From an uncultured Clostridia bacterium (GTDB lineage Bacteria; Bacillota; Limnochordia; Darwinibacteriales; Darwinibacteriaceae): a DNA stretch of 64,000 nt. The notes beneath the pieces are model-generated. The model made no database searches. It worked only from the letters and a program-made list of their open reading frames with translations, and was not told the origin of the DNA. A program made the translations under genes and the position numbers. The DNA lies in the NCBI GenBank assembly GCA_900018335.1, contig FIZK01000006.1:5576-69575 (forward strand), written 5' to 3'. This document shows positions 9,633 to 18,381 of the stretch, one piece after another; positions within the stretch are counted from its first letter, which is position 1; every line of letters starts with the position of its first letter.

Positions 9633-10439
9633 ATGCTGCGTTACAATCACAGCTTAGTGGAACGAAAGTGGATAGAGTTCGTAAAGCAAGGACAACAAGC
9701 CGGTGAGGAGCTGCCCCGGGCATACACCGTACTGGTTCCTGGCGATGGGGACGGTGTGGACCTGGAAAACGCCAGGCTGTTGGTGCTCACCGACTTTTTT
9801 GCCGCTCTCGCTTGGGGGAGGGGCTTCGTCCACTGTTTTGCCGGGAGCGGAGATAGACTTGTCAGCGTCATGGCTCGCCTAGGAGTTGCGGCTGAGCCTG
9901 GCCAGATGGGCGGCAGCTGCCATTTGGCCGTGGTACCACGGGACTTCCCGCACCTGGGCAGGCATCTGGACTGCGGGCAGGTTATCTTCAGCGGCCGTCA
10001 TCTGGGGGGAATGGCGCTGGGTCCTCTGCTCGCCGATGTTGGCGGAGATGCCCTGCGCATCTACTTTCTTTTCCAGGGCCCCCCGGAGCGTGACTATGCG
10101 TTCAATTGGCACGGTCTGGTGAGCGCCCACCGTTTTGTGCAGCGAGTGTGGCGCCTGGCCCAGAACCTGCATGGGGGGCGTGTGAACCCCGTTGAGGAGA
10201 GCCGTTTGCAGGATTTGGCCGCAGAGGTTCAAAAGCGCGCGCTGCAGCGGAAGCCCCACACTGCCCTGGCAGCTATCATGGGCTATCTGAAAGTCAAAAT
10301 CGCCCTCTCCCCAGATGAGGTGAGGGCGTTGGCTCGGCTGCTTGAGCCGTTTGCTCCCTTTTTGAGCGCGGAGCTAGCTGATTTGCTGGCGTCGATCGAG
10401 AATGATGATGATGGGCAGGGTTACCAGGCAGATGGCTAA
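9633..10439 (+). CDS. degenerate leucyl-tRNA synthetase-derived ORF (268 aa); likely a leuS remnant or pseudogene lacking the catalytic core
   Basis: The N-terminus MLRYNHSLVERKW resembles the LeuRS start. The central block GGDALRIYFLFQGPPERDYAFNWHGLVSAHRFVQRVWRL matches the LeuRS block GADTLRLY..GP....W...G..GA.RFL.RVW. HTALAAIMGYL...LEPFAPFLSAEL matches the LeuRS anticodon-binding region. HIGH and KMSKS motifs are absent, and the tail runs 66 nt into convergent lgt. Confidence 0.5.
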   Translation: MLRYNHSLVERKWIEFVKQGQQAGEELPRAYTVLVPGDGDGVDLENARLLVLTDFFAALAWGRGFVHCFAGSGDRLVSVMARLGVAAEPGQMGGSCHLAVVPRDFPHLGRHLDCGQVIFSGRHLGGMALGPLLADVGGDALRIYFLFQGPPERDYAFNWHGLVSAHRFVQRVWRLAQNLHGGRVNPVEESRLQDLAAEVQKRALQRKPHTALAAIMGYLKVKIALSPDEVRALARLLEPFAPFLSAELADLLASIENDDDGQGYQADG

Positions 10440-11108
10440 GGCGATGATTTGGCTCAGTACAAAGGGGCCGTAGAGCTGGCTGTGCTGCCGCAGGAAATCA
10501 AGGAAAAACCGCACTAGGGAATGGATGAACAGCGTGCGGAAAAAGGCGTAACCGTGATACTTGGGTTTGGCGGCCCATCTCCAGGCAAAGGGCAGGATGA
10601 CCAGGGCCGCGGCTACTTCATAGAGCTGAGTGGGGTGTACAGGGCCCAGGCTGGCGGGGAATTCCACACCCCAGGGCAGATCGGCGGGCGGCCCGTATAG
10701 CTCGCCGTTGAGGAAGTTGCCCAGCCGGATGAAGATGTGGCCCACGGGCAGAATGGGTGCCCCCACATCCGCCAGCTGCCAGTAACGCAGCTTGTGCCGG
10801 CGCACATAGAAGATGCCGATCACCATAATGGTGATGATGGCCCCCTGCGAAGACATGCCGCCCCGGGAGAAGATCTCCACCGGATTCTCCAGGAAATAAC
10901 GCCAATTGGGCAAGACCGCCCCTAGACGGCTGCCCACAAGCCCAGAAAAAGCGCAGAGGAAGTACAGGTTTTCCACCAGCTGCCAGTCCAGGCCATGCAG
11001 TTTGCTGAAGTGACGGGCTATGTAATAGGCCGAGATAAAGGTGCAGGCCATCAGGATTCCATACCAATAAATGTCCAGTGAACCGATACTGAATGCTATT
11101 GGAGCCAC
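10374..11108 (-). CDS. lgt: prolipoprotein diacylglyceryl transferase
   Basis: Lgt signature (YWYGILMA...GNFLNGELYG...HPTQLYE). The ORF extends to a TTG at 11159, but GTG at 11108 with a GAGGTGG Shine-Dalgarno matches the Bacillus Lgt N-terminus (PIAF...). Confidence 0.8.
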   Translation of the reverse strand: MAPIAFSIGSLDIYWYGILMACTFISAYYIARHFSKLHGLDWQLVENLYFLCAFSGLVGSRLGAVLPNWRYFLENPVEIFSRGGMSSQGAIITIMVIGIFYVRRHKLRYWQLADVGAPILPVGHIFIRLGNFLNGELYGPPADLPWGVEFPASLGPVHPTQLYEVAAALVILPFAWRWAAKPKYHGYAFFRTLFIHSLVRFFLDFLRQHSQLYGPFVLSQIIALAICLVTLPIIIILDRRQQIS

Positions 11109-11186
11109 AGCGACCACCTCGCGAACTCTGATAGAGGCATATTCAACTCCCGTATCCAAAAACCTGCTCCCATGGGAGGATTAGAC

Positions 11187-12260
11187 ATGAAGAGAATTGT
11201 GTTAACCGGAGGCGGAACCGCGGGGCACGTTACGCCGAACCTAGCCCTAGTTCCTCGCCTGCAGTCAAAAGGATGGGAAATCCATTACATTGGCACCCAC
11301 GACGGCATTGAAAGGGAACTGATCGGCTCTGAGCTGCCCTATTACCCCATCAGCGCGGGGAAACTCAGGCGCTACTTCGACTTGAAGAACCTGAGCGATC
11401 CCCTGCGGGTTGTCAAGGGGATCTTTGATGCCTATGGCCATCTCAGGCGCATTAAGCCCGCCGTTGTGTTCAGTAAAGGGGGCTTCGTGGCGGTCCCCGT
11501 AACCTTGGCAGCCTGGCTTCTGCGTATCCCAGTCATCCTGCATGAGTCTGATCTGACTCCTGGCTTGGCCAACAAGCTGTGCGTGCCGTTTGCCAAAGTA
11601 CTGTGTGTAAACTTTCCAGATTCGGTTCAGTACCTGAAGGGTAAGGCCTCTGAAAAGGTAGTGGTGACGGGCACGCCCATTCGGGCCGAGCTGTTGGAGG
11701 GATCCCGGGAGCAGGGGTTGAAGATTTGCGGGTTTTCCAGCGGACTTCCCGTCCTTTTAGTCATGGGAGGTAGTTTAGGATCTGCGGTTTTGAACCAGAC
11801 TATAAGGGATAACCTGGCTGAACTGACCAGAAGCTATCAGATTGTCCATCTCTGCGGCACTGGCAATCTGGCCCCCGAGATCAACAACCACCGCTATTTC
11901 CAATTGGAATATGCCCGGGAGGAGCTGCCCCATCTGCTGGCGGCGGCAGATATGGTGCTGTCCAGGGCAGGAGCTAATGCCATCGTTGAGCTGGCCGCCC
12001 TAGCTAAGCCCAACATCCTGGTTCCCCTTTCAAGGCAGGCCAGCCGGGGAGATCAGATTCTCAATGCTGCTTCCTTCGCCCGCCAGGGATTCAGTCTGGT
12101 CATCCAGGAAGAGGACCTAAGCGGCCGGACTTTGATTGAGCACCTGGCTTTGCTGCAGAAGGAACGGCGCAGGTTCGTTGAGGCCATGCAAGGATCGCCC
12201 ATCAACGATGGGACTGGCAAGATCATGGCCCTCATTGAGGAAGCGGCCCGGCGAAAATAG
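11187..12260 (+). CDS. murG: undecaprenyldiphospho-muramoylpentapeptide beta-N-acetylglucosaminyltransferase (MurG, GT28)
   Basis: GGGTAGHVTPNLAL N-terminal G-loop and a C-terminal DQILNA motif typical of MurG. ATG 11187 follows a GGGAGGA Shine-Dalgarno. The gene lies outside the dcw cluster. Confidence 0.75.
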   Translation: MKRIVLTGGGTAGHVTPNLALVPRLQSKGWEIHYIGTHDGIERELIGSELPYYPISAGKLRRYFDLKNLSDPLRVVKGIFDAYGHLRRIKPAVVFSKGGFVAVPVTLAAWLLRIPVILHESDLTPGLANKLCVPFAKVLCVNFPDSVQYLKGKASEKVVVTGTPIRAELLEGSREQGLKICGFSSGLPVLLVMGGSLGSAVLNQTIRDNLAELTRSYQIVHLCGTGNLAPEINNHRYFQLEYAREELPHLLAAADMVLSRAGANAIVELAALAKPNILVPLSRQASRGDQILNAASFARQGFSLVIQEEDLSGRTLIEHLALLQKERRRFVEAMQGSPINDGTGKIMALIEEAARRK

Positions 12261-12320
12261 TTGCGGGCGCAAGCAAATTATGGTAAGATGGAAACACATC
12301 AGAAGATGGGAGTGACTCTC

Positions 12321-12932
12321 ATGTCCATTAAGCTTGCCGTGATCTATTACAGTTCCACTGGGACCAACTACCAACTGGCCCAATGGGCCAAAGAGGGTGC
12401 AGAGGAACTTGGTGCGGAAGTAAGAGTGCTCAAAGTGCCGGAGCTCGCTCCTCAAGCTGCTATTGATTCTAATCCCGCTTGGAAAGCGCATCACGATGCT
12501 ACCCAAAATATACCCGAAGTCTCCCTGGCCGATCTAGAATGGGCTGACGCCATCATCTTTAGCGTGCCCACCCGTTTTGGCAACATGGCTGCCCAGATGC
12601 GCCAATTCCTAGATACCACCGGTGGTTTGTGGTTCCGTGGCAAACTAGTGAACAAAGTGGTCAGCGCCATGACCTCTGCCCAGAACCCCCATGGAGGCCA
12701 AGAGGCCACCATCCTATCGCTCTACACCACCATGTACCATTGGGGTGCCATTGTGGTGGCGCCGGGCTATACTGACCAGTCCGTATATGTGGGCGGGGGC
12801 AACCCTTACGGTACCAGCGTTACGGTGGATCAGGAAGGAAAAATGGTGGAAGACGTGGAAGGTGCGGTGAAACACCAGGCTAGACGTACCATCACGGTGG
12901 CCAAGTGGCTTAAGCAGGGTAGAGGAGAATAG
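12321..12932 (+). CDS. wrbA: NAD(P)H:quinone oxidoreductase, WrbA-type flavodoxin-like protein
   Basis: MSIKLAVIYYSSTGTNYQLA flavodoxin-like N-terminus and WrbA conservation. ATG 12321 with GGGAG Shine-Dalgarno; the ORF caller's 12261 start is an upstream extension. Confidence 0.75.
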   Translation: MSIKLAVIYYSSTGTNYQLAQWAKEGAEELGAEVRVLKVPELAPQAAIDSNPAWKAHHDATQNIPEVSLADLEWADAIIFSVPTRFGNMAAQMRQFLDTTGGLWFRGKLVNKVVSAMTSAQNPHGGQEATILSLYTTMYHWGAIVVAPGYTDQSVYVGGGNPYGTSVTVDQEGKMVEDVEGAVKHQARRTITVAKWLKQGRGE

Positions 12933-12947
12933 TTCGAAGTAGACAGT

Positions 12948-12976
12948 GAAAAAGGGCAGGGTAACCTGCCCTTTGC
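12948..12976. terminator. bidirectional terminator between convergent wrbA and the SOR gene
   Basis: AAAGGGCAGG-gtaa-CCTGCCCTTT perfect hairpin. Confidence 0.6.
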
Positions 12977-12980
12977 GCAT

Positions 12981-13370
12981 TTACTCAACTGTAATAGCTT
13001 TGGAGCTCTCCCACAGCCCGTGGATATTGCAGTAGCTTAGTGCCAGAAGGGTGCCGCTCTCCTTGAGCCGCACTGTGACCGCCGCGGAGGGTTCAGTGTA
13101 GCAGGGTCCTTCAGCTGGCCCCTTCAAACCTTCGCCGTGGGCGGCAAACTGGACATCGGCCAGTTCGAACGTGAACCCTTCGTTGGGTTGGAAAAGCAGC
13201 TTGATCCAGCGAATGTGGTGTTCGGCGGTGTTGGGATGCGGTATCTCTTCTCCGATGCTTATCTTTATGTCCACGGGTTGGCCTGCCGCCACAGTGTCTG
13301 GAGCCTCAATGACCGGCACGTGTTTTTCGCTTTTCCAATCTCCACTGCGCAGTACATCACCGAGTTTCAT
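12981..13370 (-). CDS. superoxide reductase (1Fe-SOR, neelaredoxin/desulfoferrodoxin ferrous-iron domain)
   Basis: 129 aa with the EKHVPV motif, His ligands and C-terminal CNIHGLWE (Cys ligand). GGGAGGT Shine-Dalgarno upstream of the ATG. Confidence 0.8.
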   Translation of the reverse strand: MKLGDVLRSGDWKSEKHVPVIEAPDTVAAGQPVDIKISIGEEIPHPNTAEHHIRWIKLLFQPNEGFTFELADVQFAAHGEGLKGPAEGPCYTEPSAAVTVRLKESGTLLALSYCNIHGLWESSKAITVE

Positions 13371-13489
13371 AATCTACCTCCCTGCAGTATTATATTTCAA
13401 CTCATACTTCTCGAAATGGCTGATTTCTCCTGCGCAGTTTGCAGTCATAAACGCGAATCAGCGGAGCATGCTACTAGGGAGGTGAGTCT

Positions 13490-13660
13490 ATGCCCATATG
13501 TCCGTTTTGCAACCAACCCATGGAACGGGTAACCCCCGATGAGCAGGAGGCCTTCGCTGACTTGTTCCGCTGTGGGGCGTGCCAGGTGGAGCAGGCAGTT
13601 TATTGGGATACCGGTGAAAGGCTTTTGGCGTGGGATTATGATCCAAGTGATGAAATCTGA
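13490..13660 (+). CDS. small zinc-ribbon protein (56 aa, CxxC...CxxC); absent from the supplied ORF track
   Basis: ATG at 13490 preceded by a strong Shine-Dalgarno (GGGAGGTGA, 5-nt spacer). Translation: MPICPFCNQPMERVTPDEQEAFADLFRCGACQVEQAVYWDTGERLLAWDYDPSDEI. It ends 23 nt before the PrsW-like gene. Confidence 0.5.
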   Translation: MPICPFCNQPMERVTPDEQEAFADLFRCGACQVEQAVYWDTGERLLAWDYDPSDEI

Positions 13661-13683
13661 GCGGTGGATTCGTTGGTGCAGTA

Positions 13684-14328
13684 TTGGCGTCACTGATTCC
13701 GGGTCTGTTTTGGTTGTGGTATTTTAGGCGGTACGACGTTGGAGACAAGGAGCCTGCAGCAAGGCTGGTCCAGTGTCTCTTGTTTGGCGCACTGGCGGTC
13801 ATCCCCGCCTTGAGCTGGGAAGCGCCCTATCGGGATCTGCTGCAAGGCTCCAATTCTCTTCCCGTGCAGTTGGCGCTATCCTTTCTCGTTGTGGGCCTGG
13901 GCGAAGAGTTCTTCAAGCTCTTGGCCGTGTATCTGGCCGTAGGGCGGGCGGAGGAATTCAGCGAACCCATGGACGGTATTCTCTATGCCATTGCAGGCGG
14001 GATTGGTTTTTCGGTAGTGGAAAATGTCCTGTATATCTTGGCATTTGGGCTGGCGGCTGCGCCCCTGCGGGGCACAGCTGCCTCTTTGGCTCACATTGCC
14101 TTTTCGGGTCTGGCCGGGTATTACCTGGGCAGAGCCCGCTTCGGAACGAAACCGTTGCGCACTGCCGCCACGGGGTTGGCGGTGGCCGCCGGGGCCCACG
14201 GCCTTTACGATTTCCTGCTCATAACCCAAACGGTGTCTCCCCCAGTCGTGGTCCTGCTCATTGCCGGCCTGCAGTACTTGCTCTTTGCAGCCATCGGCAG
14301 GGCGGTCAGACTGCCGTCCCAGAGGTAA
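13684..14328 (+). CDS. PrsW-family intramembrane metalloprotease
   Basis: Multi-TM protein with a GLGEEFFK motif, GFSVVEN and HIAFSG motifs typical of the PrsW protease family. TTG start, so the start is uncertain. Confidence 0.6.
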   Translation: MASLIPGLFWLWYFRRYDVGDKEPAARLVQCLLFGALAVIPALSWEAPYRDLLQGSNSLPVQLALSFLVVGLGEEFFKLLAVYLAVGRAEEFSEPMDGILYAIAGGIGFSVVENVLYILAFGLAAAPLRGTAASLAHIAFSGLAGYYLGRARFGTKPLRTAATGLAVAAGAHGLYDFLLITQTVSPPVVVLLIAGLQYLLFAAIGRAVRLPSQR

Positions 14329-14383
14329 TTCTTGTCTGGGGTGGGTAGCTGTGCTACAATAGGGGAGGAAAGGAAGTGACACT

Positions 14384-15109
14384 ATGGCAGGCCATTCCAA
14401 GTGGGCCAACATCAAGCATAAAAAGGCCAAGGAAGATGCTAAGCGCGGGCAGATCTTTACCAAGTTGGGCAGGAAGATCACGGTAGCGGCTAAGGAGGGA
14501 GGGCCCGATCCCACCTCCAATGTGCGTCTGCGTTTGGCCATCGAAGAAGCCCGCTCGTTCAATATGCCCAATGATAACATCGAAAGGGCCATCCAGCGGG
14601 CCGTGGGGGGCCTGGAAGGTGTGACCTATTCAGAGGTCCTCTATGAAGGCTACGGCCCCAATGGTGTTGCCATTATGCTGCAGGCATTGACGGATAATCG
14701 CAATCGCACCGCGGGGGAAGTGCGCCATCGCTTTTCCAAGTACGGTGGAAACCTCGGTGAGAGCGGCTGCGTGGCTTGGATGTTTGAGCGCCGGGGCGTT
14801 TTGGTTGTGGAGCGCGGTGAAAACGTGGACGAGGATGAGGTCATGCTGCAGGCTTTGGACGCCGGCGCTGAAGACGTTGTGGCGGAAGGCGATGTTATTG
14901 AGATCCACACCGATCCCAGTGAGTTCATCCGCATTAAGGAGGAGTTGGAGGGTCACGGACTAACCTTCCTCGGAGCTGAGATCAGCTTCATTCCCCAGAA
15001 CACGGTTCAGATCGATCAGGAACAGGCAGAGAAGGTGGAGAAGCTTATCGAGCTTTTGGAGGAGCTGGACGAAGTACAAGAGGTATACGCCAACTACGAA
15101 GTGCAGTAA
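14384..15109 (+). CDS. yebC: YebC/PmpR family DNA-binding transcriptional regulator
   Basis: MAGHSKWANIKHKKAKEDAKRG canonical YebC N-terminus; 241 aa. Confidence 0.9.
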   Translation: MAGHSKWANIKHKKAKEDAKRGQIFTKLGRKITVAAKEGGPDPTSNVRLRLAIEEARSFNMPNDNIERAIQRAVGGLEGVTYSEVLYEGYGPNGVAIMLQALTDNRNRTAGEVRHRFSKYGGNLGESGCVAWMFERRGVLVVERGENVDEDEVMLQALDAGAEDVVAEGDVIEIHTDPSEFIRIKEELEGHGLTFLGAEISFIPQNTVQIDQEQAEKVEKLIELLEELDEVQEVYANYEVQ

Positions 15110-15166
15110 TTATTAGGGAATATTTTCTAAGCCCGGGGGCATACTTCTTCCCAAGGAGGGGGATGT

Positions 15167-15274
15167 ATGCGCAGGGCGGTGCTGTTGGTGGTGCTGGCAG
15201 TGGTCTTTTTTATCTTGGGCTTTCTGCTGTCCCGAAGGCTTTTTCCCTTGGTAGTGGCTGTTCTGGCAGCCTAG
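15167..15274 (+). CDS. putative small hydrophobic membrane peptide (35 aa); not in the ORF track
   Basis: AAGGAGGGGG Shine-Dalgarno 5 nt upstream of the ATG. Translation MRRAVLLVVLAVVFFILGFLLSRRLFPLVVAVLAA is a single TM helix. An intrinsic terminator follows immediately. Confidence 0.3.
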   Translation: MRRAVLLVVLAVVFFILGFLLSRRLFPLVVAVLAA

Positions 15275-15282
15275 CGAAGAGC

Positions 15283-15315
15283 AACCTCGGCCGCAAGGCT
15301 TGAGGTTCTTTTTTG
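15283..15315 (+). terminator. rho-independent terminator downstream of yebC and the small ORF
   Basis: AACCTC(GGCCGCAAGGCTT)GAGGTT hairpin followed by CTTTTTTG. Confidence 0.55.
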
Positions 15316-15377
15316 CGTGAAGCTGGGCAAGGACTTGCCGAGCTCCATGTCGAATAGAAGGGGCGGGGTGTGATGCG

Positions 15378-15869
15378 GTGATCATATTGGGAGTTGACCC
15401 CGGCATCGCCATTACCGGTTTTGGGGTGGTGCGGGTAGAACACAACCGCCATATTGCTCTGGGCTATGGTGCCATCCGCACCCCGGCCAAGGAGACAACT
15501 GCCCGGCGCTTGGAGGCTATCTACCGCGAGCTTACTCAGCTCATAACGGAGTTTAGGCCCGACTGTTTTGCCATCGAGGAGCTGTTCTTCAATAAGAATT
15601 CCGCCACGGCGCTGATTGTGGGACAAGCTAGGGGAGTTGCCATTTTAGCAGGTTCCCATGCTGGCCTGCCCGTCTTTGAGTACACGCCGCTGCAGGTGAA
15701 GACAGCGGTCACAGGTTATGGGCGCGCCGGCAAACAGCAGGTAGCTTATATGGTGCGTATGCTTTTGGGGCTGGAGAGTACTCCAGAGCCCGATGACGTG
15801 ACGGACGCCCTGGCTGTCTGCATCTGTCACGGCTTTAACGCCAACAATTGGGGGAGGCGAGGGGAATGA
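15378..15869 (+). CDS. ruvC: crossover junction endodeoxyribonuclease RuvC
   Basis: MIILGVDPGIAITGFGVV RuvC N-terminus; GTG start; 163 aa. Confidence 0.9.
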   Translation: MIILGVDPGIAITGFGVVRVEHNRHIALGYGAIRTPAKETTARRLEAIYRELTQLITEFRPDCFAIEELFFNKNSATALIVGQARGVAILAGSHAGLPVFEYTPLQVKTAVTGYGRAGKQQVAYMVRMLLGLESTPEPDDVTDALAVCICHGFNANNWGRRGE

Positions 15870-16498
15870 TCATCTCTTTACGGGGCAGGCTTGTGGAGGC
15901 CACTGAGAGCACGGTGATCCTGGAAGTGCAGGGTGTGGGCTTTGAGATCAATGCCTCAAGCTCCGTTTTGCGCTCTCTGCCTCCTTTCGGGCAGGACCTG
16001 CAGGTGTACACCTATCTGCAGGTGCGCGACGATGCACTGGCCCTCTATGGGTTTTCATCGTGGGATGAGCGGCGGCTCTTTGAGCGATTGATTGGGGTAG
16101 CGGGGATTGGGCCCAAGAGCGGTTTGGCCATCATCTCCAATATAGCGCCTGAGGACTTTATTCGCGCTGTGCAGAGCAAAGACCTCAAGACCCTCACCAA
16201 GCTGCCCGGCGTGGGCAAGAAGACGGGCGAACGGATCCTTTTGGAATTGAAAGACGCCTTCGCCCATGTATCCTTTCCCGACATCGAGGACGGGCATCCG
16301 GCTGTTCCCGAGGATATTCTGGACGATGCGGTGGAAGCCCTCATCGCCCTGGGCTACAGCCTCACTGAGGCTGAGCACATGGTCAACAAGGCACAGCCGC
16401 ATCTTCCAGAGGATTACGATCTCCAGGAGCTGCTGAAGGTGGCCTTGGCGCAGAACAGCCAGCAAAGGGGTGAACGTGTTTGGAGACGGAACGTATAG
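15866..16498 (+). CDS. ruvA: Holliday junction branch migration protein RuvA
   Basis: ATGA overlap with the ruvC stop; [11 protein letters not shown]...; HhH motifs ([19 protein letters not shown]). Confidence 0.9.
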   Translation: MIISLRGRLVEATESTVILEVQGVGFEINASSSVLRSLPPFGQDLQVYTYLQVRDDALALYGFSSWDERRLFERLIGVAGIGPKSGLAIISNIAPEDFIRAVQSKDLKTLTKLPGVGKKTGERILLELKDAFAHVSFPDIEDGHPAVPEDILDDAVEALIALGYSLTEAEHMVNKAQPHLPEDYDLQELLKVALAQNSQQRGERVWRRNV

Positions 16499-17499
16499 TC
16501 AGTGCTTGGAAAAGGCCCGATGATTGGGACGTGGAGAAGTCCCTGCGGCCCAGGACCTTGGCTGAGTACATAGGGCAGGACAAGGTGAAAGAGCATTTGC
16601 GCATCTTTATCGCCGCAGCAAAGCAGCGCGGCGAGGCACTGGATCATGTTCTGCTTTACGGCCCCCCGGGCTTGGGAAAGACCAGTCTGGCCCATATCAT
16701 CGCCGCGGAGATGGGAGTAGGCATTCACACTACTTCAGGCCCCGCCATTGAGCGTCAAGGGGATTTGGTGGCCATCCTAACCAGCGTTCAAGCCAAGGAT
16801 GTACTGTTTATCGATGAGATACACCGCCTCAACCGGCAGGTGGAGGAAGTGCTCTATCCGGCCATGGAGGATGGAGCGGTCGACATTATTATTGGAAAGG
16901 GACCGGGCGCCAGGTCAGTGCGGATTGACCTGCCGCCGTTCACCCTAGTTGGCGCTACTACCAGGGTGGGTATGCTCACCTCGCCCCTGCGCGATCGGTT
17001 CGGCATGATCAGCCGTTTAGAGCTCTACGGTACAGAGGATCTCCAGGCCATCGTGCTCAGGGCGGCCCAGATCCTCAACATCGAGGTTGACGAGGAGGGG
17101 GCGAAGGAGATCGCCAAGCGGTCCCGGGGTACCCCGCGGGTGGCCAACCGCCTGCTGAAGAGGGTGCGGGACTATGCCCAGGTTAGGGCGGATAACCGCA
17201 TTTCCCATGAGGTGGCCCGGGAAGCACTGCGTCTGTTTGAGATCGATGATGATGGTCTTGACCAGATGGACCGCCGCATTCTGTCCACCGTGTACAGGGT
17301 GTTTGGCGGTGGACCGGTGGGAGTGGATAGCTTGAGTGCCGTAATCGGCGAAGAAGCAGCCACCATCGAGGATGTCTACGAGCCTTTCCTTCTGCAGCTG
17401 GGTCTGCTGCAGCGAACCGCTCGGGGACGCTGCCTCACCACATTGGGCTATGAATACCTTGGCGTTCAGCCTCCTGAGGCAGCGGGTGAAGACAGTTGA
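16480..17499 (+). CDS. ruvB: Holliday junction DNA helicase RuvB
   Basis: [12 protein letters not shown]; Walker [12 protein letters not shown]; 339 aa. TTG start overlaps the ruvA 3' end. Confidence 0.9.
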   Translation: METERIVSAWKRPDDWDVEKSLRPRTLAEYIGQDKVKEHLRIFIAAAKQRGEALDHVLLYGPPGLGKTSLAHIIAAEMGVGIHTTSGPAIERQGDLVAILTSVQAKDVLFIDEIHRLNRQVEEVLYPAMEDGAVDIIIGKGPGARSVRIDLPPFTLVGATTRVGMLTSPLRDRFGMISRLELYGTEDLQAIVLRAAQILNIEVDEEGAKEIAKRSRGTPRVANRLLKRVRDYAQVRADNRISHEVAREALRLFEIDDDGLDQMDRRILSTVYRVFGGGPVGVDSLSAVIGEEAATIEDVYEPFLLQLGLLQRTARGRCLTTLGYEYLGVQPPEAAGEDS

Positions 17500-18248
17500 T
17501 GTGGAAAACGGAGGGGATTGTGCTGCGCGTCCGCAATCTTGGCGAGGCGGACCGCATTGTCACCGTCTATACCCAAGAAAGGGGCAAGCTGAATGCTGTG
17601 GCCAGGGGGGCGCGGCGCATCAGGAACCGCCTGCTCAGCCCCACGCAGCTCTTTACCCATGGGCTGTACCTCATTTTTCGGGGACAGGGGCTGCACAACC
17701 TCAGCCAGGCAGAGATCATCCAAAGCGGCCAAGAGCTGCGCGATGATCTGGAGAAGTTTGCCTATGCTTCTTACCTCACTGAGCTCTTGGATGCCTTAAC
17801 TGCCGAGGAAGATCCTGCTGAGAGCATTTTTTCGCTTTTGGCCAGCGCCCTTGCTCTGACGGCGAAGGGCCGTTTAGAACTGGCGGCACGGGCCTTTGAG
17901 ATCAGGCTCATGAGGGAACTGGGCTATGAACCTGAGCTCCATGCTTGCCTGAGCTGCCGGGAATCTGTGCGGGAAAACCTGTACTTCACGGAGCAAGGCG
18001 GAATCCTCTGTCAGAGGTGCGCTCCCCAGGTTCCCGACAGTATGCCCATCTCCAACGGCGCCTGGGAGCTGATGAAGAAGTTTTTGGAGTGGGATTTCAG
18101 CAAACTGACCGTACTGCATCCCGCGGGCAATCTCGAGGAGGAGCTGCGCCGGGTGATGCGTAAGTACCTGGATTTCAGGCTAGAATATCCTTTGAAGTCG
18201 CTGGATTTTTTGGAAACGCTGACGGCCGTGCCGCCGGCGTCTGATTGA
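17496..18248 (+). CDS. recO: DNA repair protein RecO
   Basis: N-terminal OB fold ([20 protein letters not shown]) and a C-terminal CxxC...CxxC zinc motif; precedes glyQS as in Bacillus. Confidence 0.85.
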   Translation: MMWKTEGIVLRVRNLGEADRIVTVYTQERGKLNAVARGARRIRNRLLSPTQLFTHGLYLIFRGQGLHNLSQAEIIQSGQELRDDLEKFAYASYLTELLDALTAEEDPAESIFSLLASALALTAKGRLELAARAFEIRLMRELGYEPELHACLSCRESVRENLYFTEQGGILCQRCAPQVPDSMPISNGAWELMKKFLEWDFSKLTVLHPAGNLEEELRRVMRKYLDFRLEYPLKSLDFLETLTAVPPASD

Positions 18249-18273
18249 CAATTTGTGGTGGATTTGGTATAAA
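18245..18273 (+). promoter_or_regulatory. sigma-A-type promoter for glyQS (TTGACA-17-TATAAA)
   Basis: Perfect -35 TTGACA (18245..18250), 17-nt spacer, -10 TATAAA(T) (18268..18273). The -35 overlaps the recO stop codon. Confidence 0.6.
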
Positions 18274-18381
18274 TTAAACGGAAAACGGCGCCTATCTTGG
18301 CGCCCAGATACAAGCCTCTGGAGAACCTTTCGTCCCTAGTCGTTGGGTGAAAGGTTTTCAAAATAAGAGAGGGGTGGCTGA

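Noticed and set aside
18250-18381. Glycine T-box riboswitch upstream of glyQS.
   Set aside because: Expected from Bacillus, but the conserved 14-nt T-box sequence and the specifier-loop architecture could not be recognised, and the leader is only ~100 nt. Reported instead as promoter plus hairpins of unknown function.
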